Source: a virus
Direction: 5' to 3' (one strand)
IMG/VR virus record: IMGVR_UViG_3300034283_002790
Location: 96,001-160,000 of that record
Length of the DNA: 64,000 nucleotides
Shown here: positions 19,583 through 27,726 of the stretch, in pieces
How positions within the stretch are numbered: position 1 is the stretch's first letter
Layout of the letters: each line of letters starts with the position of its first letter
Made by a program: the position numbers and the translations under genes
Notes under the pieces: model-generated
Seen by the model: the letters and a program-made list of their open reading frames with translations, nothing else
What the model was told of the DNA's origin: nothing
Database searches by the model: none

Positions 19583-19978
19583 TTATTCTGTTGCAAATCC
19601 AAATTTTATGACACCACCTTCATTATAAACATATGCCTCATATCTGAAACCTGTACTCGGTTTAAAATAAACCTCATCCCCAGAGTTAGGAACCTTAATA
19701 TAATCGGTCGGTTTTAAATATTTTCCTTTCAAGTTTTTTGAAACCCCACCAACTGACGGAGATCCCTTAACAGTCAGAATTTCAAAATTTGTATTATCAT
19801 TTTGAGTTAGTTCATACAAACCCACCCAATCTTTTTTTTCTGTGGGTGTCATATCTCGTTTTGCCAAACTTTTGACAGTACCTCCAACAGATCCGTTATT
19901 TTGATTCTCCATTTCTTGAATGGTTCTCTTAACCAACCGTACAAGTTCGGATTCAGTTAATCTTATAACTTTTTTCAT
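19583..19978 (-). CDS. Leader-bearing protein
   Basis: MKKVIRLTESELVRLVKRTIQE. Confidence 0.75.
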   Translation of the reverse strand: MKKVIRLTESELVRLVKRTIQEMENQNNGSVGGTVKSLAKRDMTPTEKKDWVGLYELTQNDNTNFEILTVKGSPSVGGVSKNLKGKYLKPTDYIKVPNSGDEVYFKPSTGFRYEAYVYNEGGVIKFGFATE

Positions 19979-20029
19979 AATTTATTTTATTTATAAATAC
20001 AAAGAAACTTTAAAAAACAATTCAATAAT

Positions 20030-21244
20030 TTAAACTGATTGATTGATTGGGGTAAATTTCAAATAAAGATAATTTGATTTTTTGTTTTCATCTTCCGGAC
20101 CTTTAGAAGTTTGATTTAATCTTCCCAACAAATAAAACGATACATAAATGTTTCCTTGTGATTGTATTCCATACTCGGAAAATAATTGTTGGGTATTATG
20201 AGAACTAAGACCGTTGACTAAAATCATTTTCCTCAAAGATTTCATAATTTCATTTGCTTGGTCAACAGACGCTTTTCTGGGTTTAGTGGAACTATACATT
20301 GCCGATAGATCAAATCCCTTAACCTGGATGGTTCCAGATCTAATTTTATTAAAAAATTTGTTTAACATTTGATTTCCATCGTCCATTGGGCCGGCTTCAA
20401 TAATTGTCCTAAAATTATTTAATCTACTATAAGTTTCCGAATCGTTGGTTATATATGTTTGTGAGTATTCTTGTTGGGAAGTTGGAGTATTTTGTGTTAA
20501 GATATAGGTTGGTTCTTTATAAATCCTTAAAAAATTATCAATCAAATGTCCCATCTCATGTTTTGTTACTTGATCGAGTGATGCAATATAATTTTTCCCA
20601 TTATGAATATTAAACACGTTTAAATTTATTGATTTGTATTTTAATTCATTTAGTTGGGAAGCACTTTTTGCATATTTAACCCACCCAAAAGTTTTCGGAT
20701 TGGGTGATTGATTTTTATTATAATATGATTTGTAAGAAGTAAGGGTATTAATATATTTTAAAAGTTGGGGAATAAGTTTTTGGTTTTTGAATTTTTTTCT
20801 TGTGTTTTCATCACTAAACCATTTTAAATATTCGTTTCTTGCCTTTGAAATAGATCTTTTAATATCTTCATTAATTGTGAAAGTTAATGGGAGATTTAAT
20901 TGGGAACCTCCTTTCAAATACTCATTTCCCACTCTATTCCATGCCGATTGGGTAAGTTTTCCAAATTTCCCATCAACCCCATCTTTTTTTATTCCGAAGG
21001 TTCCAAGGTTTATCGATGGATAATTTTTCTTAACCCATTTTTGAAACCTGACCGTAGAATTATAATCATAAGGTTTGACTAAAGTTGATTTTTTGAAATT
21101 GTCCCAGAAAGCATCTGCGGTCTCATCAGATTGAGCAATATTTACATTACACTCATCTGCCGACGTTTCAGATTCTTCCACCAATAGAGGTTTAACGGTC
21201 CCCAGTTTTGATTCAATTAATTGTTTAAATCTAAATTTTTCCAT
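20030..21244 (-). CDS. PG-binding-like plus HExxH zinc metallopeptidase-like protein with leader
   Basis: MEKFRFKQLIESKLGTVKPLLVE; VDGKFGKLTQSAW; KHEMGH. Confidence 0.6.
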   Translation of the reverse strand: MEKFRFKQLIESKLGTVKPLLVEESETSADECNVNIAQSDETADAFWDNFKKSTLVKPYDYNSTVRFQKWVKKNYPSINLGTFGIKKDGVDGKFGKLTQSAWNRVGNEYLKGGSQLNLPLTFTINEDIKRSISKARNEYLKWFSDENTRKKFKNQKLIPQLLKYINTLTSYKSYYNKNQSPNPKTFGWVKYAKSASQLNELKYKSINLNVFNIHNGKNYIASLDQVTKHEMGHLIDNFLRIYKEPTYILTQNTPTSQQEYSQTYITNDSETYSRLNNFRTIIEAGPMDDGNQMLNKFFNKIRSGTIQVKGFDLSAMYSSTKPRKASVDQANEIMKSLRKMILVNGLSSHNTQQLFSEYGIQSQGNIYVSFYLLGRLNQTSKGPEDENKKSNYLYLKFTPINQSV

Positions 21245-21245
21245 A

Positions 21246-21590
21246 TTAACGAAGAGTATCAGATACCGCAACGGTTCCAGATATCGGACAACTCCCGGTC
21301 GCGTGTTTCAATGTGTCACCATTCAATAGAATTGTTGCAGAAACAAATTGATTTTGACCTGAGGTGTTCATGGCATACACCAAAACCAAACTGTCTTTCA
21401 TTCCAACAAAGTTATGAGACCAGGTTGAGTTTTGATGAAATTCTGATTTTGGTTTTCCGTTTTCTTTATAATAAACATAACAATCCGAACACTGGATTTT
21501 ATATGTGACATTTCTTTGTGGCTCTACTTCCTTTTTTTTACATGAAAATAGTAATGAAATAAAAACCAAATATATAAGTACGTTTTTCAT
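21246..21590 (-). CDS. Bacteroidota-type lipoprotein
   Basis: MKNVLIYLVFISLLFSCKKKE lipobox. Confidence 0.75.
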   Translation of the reverse strand: MKNVLIYLVFISLLFSCKKKEVEPQRNVTYKIQCSDCYVYYKENGKPKSEFHQNSTWSHNFVGMKDSLVLVYAMNTSGQNQFVSATILLNGDTLKHATGSCPISGTVAVSDTLR

Positions 21591-21624
21591 AATTTAACTC
21601 TTTAAAATAAATATCACGATAAAT

Positions 21625-21655
21625 AAAAAACCCCACCTGTTAAAGATGGGGTTTT
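21625..21655 (-). terminator. Intrinsic terminator downstream of the CRISPR array
   Basis: AAAACCCCA-loop-TGGGGTTTTTT on the minus strand; near-identical to 27679-27707. Confidence 0.75.
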
Positions 21656-21666
21656 AATATAATAAA

Positions 21667-22084
21667 TTCAAATACAGATCATATACAACTTTCAGAAAAT
21701 TTAAATGTAGATAGATTTGTTGTGATTACCCTACAAATAAAGACCATACACAACTCAAAACAAACGATTGTGCGACCTTAATTTGTTGTGATTACCCTTC
21801 AAATAAAGATCATACACAACTTTAGGTTGTTATACAGCACTTTCCATCTCGTTGTGATTACCCTTCAAATAAAGATCATACACAACTGTTTTCTATTAAT
21901 CGGCAAACCGTTGAGCGTTGTGATTACCCTTCAAATAAAGATCATACACAACTTGAAAAAGGAAGCGCTAACCCAAATCCCCGTTGTGATTACCCTTCAA
22001 ATAAAGATCATACACAACGCGATAAGTTGTCTTCTACACTCTTCCTCCGTTGTGATTACCCTTCAAATAAAGATCACACACAAC
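21667..22084 (-). CRISPR. CRISPR array: 6 full 36-bp repeats plus one half repeat, 30-bp spacers
   Basis: Repeat GTTGTGATTACCCTTCAAATAAAGATCATACACAAC (+) at 21719 (2 mismatches), 21785, 21851, 21917, 21983 and 22049 (1 mismatch); five 30-bp spacers; half repeat 21667-21689 followed by a 29-bp spacer; strand inferred from tnpB, the terminator and the repeat family. Confidence 0.97.
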
Positions 22085-22120
22085 TGTGTATTTTGGAAAC
22101 ATAATAAATGAAAGGCTCTT

Positions 22121-22183
22121 GTTGTCATTATAAACCCACAAATTGAGTTTTGACCACAATTAAATTGGATGTCACACCACCCA
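22121..22183 (-). ncRNA. Candidate omegaRNA/tracr-like scaffold (two hairpins) between tnpB and the array
   Basis: Hairpin TGGGTG-GTGTGA-CATCCA (22166-22183) and a 40-nt hairpin ending TAATGACAAC (22121-22160), a 9/10 match to the repeat 3' end TAATCACAAC. Confidence 0.4.
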
Positions 22184-22194
22184 GTTTTTGTTTC

Positions 22195-23442
22195 CTAATT
22201 TTCTAAATTTTCAAAGAACATTTTCTTACCTAAGTCCCGAATGTTTAAAGCCGCATTGTAATCACGATCAATTTCGCTTTTGCAGTTTTTACATTCCCAA
22301 ACCCGTTGAGATAAAAGTAGATTTTCATTCACCGTACCGCAATTATTACATTTCTTGCTTGATGGAAAAAATCTATCCACTTTAATTGTGTGTTTCCCGC
22401 TGGAGACACTTTTATAAATAATCATTTCACGTAACATCCCAAGACCAGCGTCCAAAATATTTCGATTTAAGTTTGATTTTTGTTTAACGTTGGTACCAGG
22501 ATTTTCAACGGTACCTTTATTTGATTTCGTCATTTCAACAAGATCCAAATCTTCCATACAAATCAAATCATATTGATCGACCAGTCTTTTGGATACATTG
22601 TGATTATAATTTTTTCTACAGTTTGATATTTTTTCTTCTAAAACATGAACTTTTTTATTCAACTTTTTCCAGTTGTTAGAGTACTTTACACATTTGTCCC
22701 TATTACTTATCAATTTTGACAAATGATTTAAATGTTGGTTCAGGTATTTTGGATTTTTAATAACTTCATTTTCTGATGTAACAATCAAAGATTTTACACC
22801 CGCATCGATACCAACCACAGACTTGACTTCCTTTTTTGAAACATCGTTCTTATATTCTACCAAAATTGACACATAGTACTTTCCATGTTTTTTGGAAATC
22901 GTATATTTTTTTGGAATTCCAATAATTGGTCTATGATATTGGACTTTGATATTTCCAGTAATTTTTGGTAAAGTTAACTTACCATCTTCTTTTATTCCGT
23001 GTTTTTGTATATTAGTATTAATTAATCGTGTTGTAAAACTTTGTTTTTGGTCATTCTTTTTTGTAAAATCCGGTGGTGTGGGACGTTTCATATCGGTCTT
23101 CGGATTGTTTTTAATGACTTGTTTATAGATTTTTGTATTATCAAAAAAATCTGACCAAGCCTTACTTAAATGTTCCATTTCATACATATAAATCTGTGAA
23201 TCGTGATCATTTAAAAAGGGTGCCGATTTTCTATAATTTGTTATATGTTTATTTAATCCAAAATGTGATAAATTTGGTTTTCCACCCAGAGAATATATTT
23301 GTCGATCAAGATCGATGGTTAGGTTTCGAACATACCTTGCCGCTTGTATTGCACCCTCGATTTGTTTAATCTGGGTTTTATTGGGGTATATTCGATACTT
23401 AAACCCCTTATTTAATACTCCAACCTTTTTTTCTCTTTTCAT
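22195..23442 (-). CDS. tnpB: TnpB / Cas12f-like RNA-guided RuvC nuclease, CRISPR-adjacent
   Basis: FKYRIYP HTH_OrfB start; RuvC-I VGIDAG, RuvC-II ICMEDL, CNNC/CKNC zinc finger, RuvC-III DRDYNAALNI; D-E-D triad intact; no tnpA nearby. Confidence 0.92.
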   Translation of the reverse strand: MKREKKVGVLNKGFKYRIYPNKTQIKQIEGAIQAARYVRNLTIDLDRQIYSLGGKPNLSHFGLNKHITNYRKSAPFLNDHDSQIYMYEMEHLSKAWSDFFDNTKIYKQVIKNNPKTDMKRPTPPDFTKKNDQKQSFTTRLINTNIQKHGIKEDGKLTLPKITGNIKVQYHRPIIGIPKKYTISKKHGKYYVSILVEYKNDVSKKEVKSVVGIDAGVKSLIVTSENEVIKNPKYLNQHLNHLSKLISNRDKCVKYSNNWKKLNKKVHVLEEKISNCRKNYNHNVSKRLVDQYDLICMEDLDLVEMTKSNKGTVENPGTNVKQKSNLNRNILDAGLGMLREMIIYKSVSSGKHTIKVDRFFPSSKKCNNCGTVNENLLLSQRVWECKNCKSEIDRDYNAALNIRDLGKKMFFENLEN

Positions 23443-23446
23443 AGTA

Positions 23447-23478
23447 CAAATTTAGAATTAATTTTTTCAATAGTCAAA
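23447..23478 (-). promoter_or_regulatory. Bacteroidota sigma-A promoter of tnpB
   Basis: TTTG-N20-TAAATTTG ending 4 nt before the ATG. Confidence 0.75.
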
Positions 23479-23537
23479 TTTTTTTTCAAAATATTTTTAA
23501 AAAATATTCGGACGAAGTCCGGAACGGGTGTTCCAAC

Positions 23538-24167
23538 CTAGGATTTCCATGTTAAAGAATTTTTTTTGACGTTTCTATTAATGTGAGAACATAGGGGCTG
23601 AAAATTTGTATAATGGTTAAGTTTAAAAACATCTTCCTTTGTGACGGCTGATGACAAAGGTATAATATGATCCAGGTCCCAACCAAAATTCAATTTTCCA
23701 TTATAAAGACCATAATTATCCCAGGTCATCCAAAGTTCAAATTGGGATTCAATATGTGACTTAAACTCACCATGATCACACCCAAGAATTTCAATTGTCT
23801 TGAGTTGTTTCGATGACTTAAATTTGGACAATGATTTTCGAATTTTGGATCTAACTCTTTCCTTCAATTTAAAAATGGGATCAATCAATTTTCTTTGTTT
23901 GATGTAATCTTTGTGTTTTGCCGATAAAACCTTTCGATTATCTTTTCTATATTTTTTTCGTTGATTAGATATTGAATCTTTATTTAATACTTGATATTCT
24001 TTTATTTTTTCAAGTTCTCGAGTTTTATTTTTTGCGTAATATTTTTTTCTTTCTGCTGATCTACACAATTTACATTGTGGGGAAAAGTTATCAGATTGTC
24101 GTTTATTTTTATTAAACTCTGTGAGAACTTTTTCTTCACCACATTTTGTGCAAACCTTTTTTTCCAT
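23538..24167 (-). CDS. HNH-like endonuclease with an N-terminal C4 zinc motif
   Basis: CTKC...QCKLC; WDLDHIIPL...LNHYTNFQPL; TAGTTTTG promoter at 24174-24181. Confidence 0.75.
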   Translation of the reverse strand: MEKKVCTKCGEEKVLTEFNKNKRQSDNFSPQCKLCRSAERKKYYAKNKTRELEKIKEYQVLNKDSISNQRKKYRKDNRKVLSAKHKDYIKQRKLIDPIFKLKERVRSKIRKSLSKFKSSKQLKTIEILGCDHGEFKSHIESQFELWMTWDNYGLYNGKLNFGWDLDHIIPLSSAVTKEDVFKLNHYTNFQPLCSHINRNVKKNSLTWKS

Positions 24168-24222
24168 CTTTTTCAAAACTAAATGAAAATATCTATATTA
24201 TCAAATTTTTTTCAAAAAAACC

Positions 24223-24837
24223 CTAAAGTTGGTCTTTCATCAAGTTATAATAATACTCGCTAATATCATCCGGAGAATAAATATTATTGGACCTTAGTTC
24301 TGATCTAATTTTAGTAATAAAATGAGCAAGTTGAGATTCGGAAACATTTTTATACATTTCAATTGGAACAAAGTTTCTACTGATCAAACCCATTTTTTGA
24401 AGTTCTCTAATTTTTCGGGATGCAAAACTATCGGCAACCGTTTCAACTTCCTTCATAAATTTTGCGGTCTCAATAACCGATATTTCATCGTTATAAAATT
24501 CATACATTTTTTCAATACCATATTTCTTATATTGGTACTGATGAGCAATCTCATGAAATATTGAAAACAATGCAACTTCCAATGAACCACGTAAAACCAC
24601 ATCATTAATTAATACCCCATTATGAAGGGACGCCCCCAAGGCTGCGTACTTAAATTTTGCAAATTCTATTTTATTACAATTTGAATTTTCGATGAAGTCA
24701 CTAACAAAACCAACCAATTCATCTGACATATTAAAGTTTGATCTCAAGGTTTCAATAAAATCCCCATGACCGGATGTTTCTTCTTTAATAACTCGTCTGA
24801 CCAGTCTAATCAACTCTGATTCTGTAATTCTTCTCAT
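24223..24837 (-). CDS. Leader-bearing HExxH metallopeptidase-like protein
   Basis: MRRITESELIRLVRRVIKEE; IFHEIAHQYQ...E..AD. Confidence 0.65.
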   Translation of the reverse strand: MRRITESELIRLVRRVIKEETSGHGDFIETLRSNFNMSDELVGFVSDFIENSNCNKIEFAKFKYAALGASLHNGVLINDVVLRGSLEVALFSIFHEIAHQYQYKKYGIEKMYEFYNDEISVIETAKFMKEVETVADSFASRKIRELQKMGLISRNFVPIEMYKNVSESQLAHFITKIRSELRSNNIYSPDDISEYYYNLMKDQL

Positions 24838-24860
24838 ATAAGATAAATATGATATAAAAG

Positions 24861-24884
24861 AAAAAACCCCCAATTATGGGGGTT
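24861..24884 (-). terminator. Intrinsic terminator
   Basis: AACCCCC-ATAATT-GGGGGTTTTTT. Confidence 0.7.
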
Positions 24885-24888
24885 AATT

Positions 24889-25317
24889 TTAATATAATTG
24901 AAAAACATTTGTTCCGTCCGTTGAATCGACGGCAATGTATCCGACATTTTCCACAGTATAGATATAAAGTGGTGGATACTTAACCGAATACAACGGGGCT
25001 CTCAACAAAACAACTGACCAACGACCGGTATAACCAGCATCAATCAAATATTGTTCAGATTCCTCTTGTGTCATTTGAAGGGGTGGATGAATAACTAGAT
25101 CATCCAAGTATGGACTATCAACGGTTTGAATGCTGATCTTACCTTCACAAGTACAGTTAACCATAATTGTCGCATATTCATCGTTACCTCTGAAGATACA
25201 ATGGATAAAACTTAGATCATGAGGTGATGAACCCTGGTAAAGTTTTGCCATTTTTGTCATTCCAAGTGCAGTTTCCCAACACTTATTTAACATTTCATTA
25301 AAATTCAATTTTTCCAT
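24889..25317 (-). CDS. Hypothetical protein
   Basis: 142 aa; TATTTAT upstream. Confidence 0.65.
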   Translation of the reverse strand: MEKLNFNEMLNKCWETALGMTKMAKLYQGSSPHDLSFIHCIFRGNDEYATIMVNCTCEGKISIQTVDSPYLDDLVIHPPLQMTQEESEQYLIDAGYTGRWSVVLLRAPLYSVKYPPLYIYTVENVGYIAVDSTDGTNVFQLY

Positions 25318-25358
25318 AGTAATATTTTTATAATAAATACCACCACAAATTGTTAAAC

Positions 25359-25388
25359 AAAAAACCCCACTGATGAGGTGGGGGATTT
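25359..25388 (-). terminator. Intrinsic terminator
   Basis: CCCCAC-CTCATCA-GTGGGG followed by a T tract. Confidence 0.7.
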
Positions 25389-25393
25389 AAATA

Positions 25394-25636
25394 TTACTTA
25401 TGCAATTTATCGGCCAAGTTTTCCCATTCATCATGTACACTAAACCTTTTTTTGTTTTCTCGTCTAAGTGCTTTGGCCAATTCTTCTTTTGTATAATCTT
25501 TAAGTAGTGTCGGACTATATCCAAGTCTCATAAGTATTCTACGGGCATCTCCTTTAAGAGAGTCCACATCTTCATTGATCACAAGTTTAACAATTCTTGT
25601 TAAATCTGATTCTGTAAGTCTAACTATTTTTTTCAT
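25394..25636 (-). CDS. Leader-bearing small protein
   Basis: MKKIVRLTESDLTRIVKLVINE. Confidence 0.75.
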   Translation of the reverse strand: MKKIVRLTESDLTRIVKLVINEDVDSLKGDARRILMRLGYSPTLLKDYTKEELAKALRRENKKRFSVHDEWENLADKLHK

Positions 25637-25651
25637 AATTATATTCCTTTA

Positions 25652-25996
25652 TTAAAATAAACTATTAAGGGGGCCTAAAGTTACAACACCTGTAGTATCG
25701 TTATAATCAAATCTCCCAAACTCTTTATTGGAATTTATTGGTCTATTATTAATATCAAACTTACAATAATTTTTAAGATAGGTATTTTCTATTTTACCAA
25801 AATGTATTTGTTTTCCATCTTCACTCTTTAACCATCCGTACTCAGATCTAGTGTATGGTTTTTTGAAATACCCATTCATACAAGTCATTTCATCTTTAGT
25901 TAAGATGAAGTCTTTTTCAGGATCGGGAGATTCATTTAAAACTTTCATCACAATACGAGTTAAATCTCTTTCTGTAAGTCTAATTATTTTTTTCAT
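25652..25996 (-). CDS. Leader-bearing small protein
   Basis: MKKIIRLTERDLTRIVMKVLNE. Confidence 0.75.
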   Translation of the reverse strand: MKKIIRLTERDLTRIVMKVLNESPDPEKDFILTKDEMTCMNGYFKKPYTRSEYGWLKSEDGKQIHFGKIENTYLKNYCKFDINNRPINSNKEFGRFDYNDTTGVVTLGPLNSLF

Positions 25997-26056
25997 AATT
26001 TTTATTTATAAATATACTTTTAAAAAAACCCCACCGTTTATGTTAATTAACAAACT

Positions 26057-26392
26057 CTAATAATCAAACTCAACTATTTTTACGTTTTCAACCGTATCAT
26101 TTGTTATGTTATTCCAAATCTCTCTAAAATTATCTTCGTCCGTTTCATTAATTTTGTAAATTCCAGGATAAAAAAATTCTTTGCTTACCGCTAACAGTTT
26201 GCCAAATTTTTTGGCAACAAGATCAACGTTATCATTGTCAATATTATAATATTTATTTTCGGTTTTTTTCAAACTATCTATTTTTTCTTTAATAATAGAT
26301 TGATCATCATTTTCTTGATCATCATTTTCTTTAATGATTCTTTTAACAATACGAGTTAAATCTCTTTCTGTTAGTCTTATAATTTTTTTCAT
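26057..26392 (-). CDS. Leader-bearing small protein
   Basis: MKKIIRLTERDLTRIVKRIIKE. Confidence 0.75.
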   Translation of the reverse strand: MKKIIRLTERDLTRIVKRIIKENDDQENDDQSIIKEKIDSLKKTENKYYNIDNDNVDLVAKKFGKLLAVSKEFFYPGIYKINETDEDNFREIWNNITNDTVENVKIVEFDY

Positions 26393-26442
26393 AATAAATT
26401 ATTTCAATTATAAATATATCAATAAAACAAAAAGTAAATGAA

Positions 26443-26838
26443 CTATAAAGAGGTGTATCCCCTTAAATTGTAAACCTCAGACAACCACTCTTTTATAAGT
26501 TCTTTAATGTCAGGATTGAAAAGACCAACGTCAAGTAAAGGTTTCCATATTTCTTCGTAATTAATGAAAACATAATCATATTTTCTCTCGTAAATCATCA
26601 AATTACGTTTTGGTTCATATCTATATAAAGTCCAATCAGGTTCTTCTTCACTTTGAACTTGCTCCAAGTCATCAAACAAATGTAAAAACTCCATTGGTGA
26701 ATTTATATCCATGATTTCAAAAAAGTTATCCTTTCCACCCACACTACTAAAAGCAATTTGAATGCCTTTTGATCTTATAAGTTGTTTTAATAAAACCTTA
26801 AGATTATTTTTCTGACTTTCTGTAATGAGGTATTTCAT
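26443..26838 (-). CDS. Leader-bearing protein, paralog of the C-terminal module of 33125..34603
   Basis: MKYLITESQ; VGG...INSPMEFLHLFDDL...YEEIWK...IKELIKEWLSEVYNL. Confidence 0.7.
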   Translation of the reverse strand: MKYLITESQKNNLKVLLKQLIRSKGIQIAFSSVGGKDNFFEIMDINSPMEFLHLFDDLEQVQSEEEPDWTLYRYEPKRNLMIYERKYDYVFINYEEIWKPLLDVGLFNPDIKELIKEWLSEVYNLRGYTSL

Positions 26839-26863
26839 ATAAATGATAAATATACTGGAAAAC

Positions 26864-26893
26864 AAAAAACCCCCTAACTAAGAGGGGGGTTTT
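26864..26893 (-). terminator. Intrinsic terminator
   Basis: AAACCCCC...GGGGGTTTTTT. Confidence 0.7.
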
Positions 26894-26896
26894 CAA

Positions 26897-27157
26897 TTAA
26901 ACTTCTTCAACATAAAATTCTGTCGAATCGTCAGTGATATCGTCATAATCAATATCAGTTTCTGAAAGTTCTTCACCAAGTGAAGAATAAACACCATCAC
27001 TGGTTGGTTTCATATCCCAGACATTGTTATCAATATAATCACTAATTTCATTTTCATTCATACCTTCCAATTCCGGATAATCTTCAGTGTTAATCACAAT
27101 AGACGATCTTGTTACGGTTGTTGTGAATGTTTCTTGGGCGTAGATTTTAATTTTCAT
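26897..27157 (-). CDS. Small acidic hypothetical protein
   Basis: 86 aa ORF. Confidence 0.6.
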   Translation of the reverse strand: MKIKIYAQETFTTTVTRSSIVINTEDYPELEGMNENEISDYIDNNVWDMKPTSDGVYSSLGEELSETDIDYDDITDDSTEFYVEEV

Positions 27158-27169
27158 TTTTTAAATTAT

Positions 27170-27625
27170 TTAAGGTTTAGACATAAATTCAAGTGCTGAT
27201 GATGATTTGCTCATATTAAATTCGTAATACTCGGTGGTACAATAGGACTCGTTGATTCTAATTTTTAATTTGGAACATTTTTTAAACCAATCAACGGTTT
27301 CAAATTCTTCGTTTAATAAATTGGGGGTAAAAAATACAATATCACTCGATTCAGATTTAATACCGGTACCACTTACTTTATAAACTTGTTCTCCAAGTTG
27401 AAAAACAAAATCATACGTAGGATTCTCATCACAATAATACCCCCCTTTAATATAAAATACAAGATTACCATCAACGTTTTCCATTTTTAGAAATGCTCCA
27501 GTTGGATTGTCCGTATAAGCAATCTTATATGGATCATCAAATCCATCGGTAATAGTTTTATAAACCCACTGACCATGTAGGTTTGAAATAAAGAATAAAG
27601 ATAAAAGTAAAATAATTGTTTTCAT
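27170..27625 (-). CDS. Secreted/periplasmic protein
   Basis: Signal peptide MKTIILLLSLFFISNLHGQW (Bacteroidota-type Gln after cleavage). Confidence 0.7.
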   Translation of the reverse strand: MKTIILLLSLFFISNLHGQWVYKTITDGFDDPYKIAYTDNPTGAFLKMENVDGNLVFYIKGGYYCDENPTYDFVFQLGEQVYKVSGTGIKSESSDIVFFTPNLLNEEFETVDWFKKCSKLKIRINESYCTTEYYEFNMSKSSSALEFMSKP

Positions 27626-27678
27626 ATGTTTTTAATATTTTTATTAAAATATAAAACTAAATAAATTAATTGTCAAAT

Positions 27679-27707
27679 AAAAAACCCCACCTGTTGAAGA
27701 TGGGGTT
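27679..27707 (-). terminator. Intrinsic terminator
   Basis: Near-identical copy of 21625-21655. Confidence 0.7.
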
Positions 27708-27726
27708 ATAATTAATATGAGTTTTA

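Noticed and set aside
21755-22048. Self-targeting of spacers within the window
   Set aside because: No match was noticed by eye; an exhaustive search could not be run
21788-22111. 107-aa plus-strand ORF with repeated VVITLQIKIIHN
   Set aside because: It is the CRISPR repeat-spacer unit (66 bp, in frame) translated, not a protein
22195-23442. Nuclease-dead TnpB repressor (TldR-like) or complete IS605 element
   Set aside because: All three RuvC acidic residues are present and no tnpA (Y1 or serine) lies adjacent
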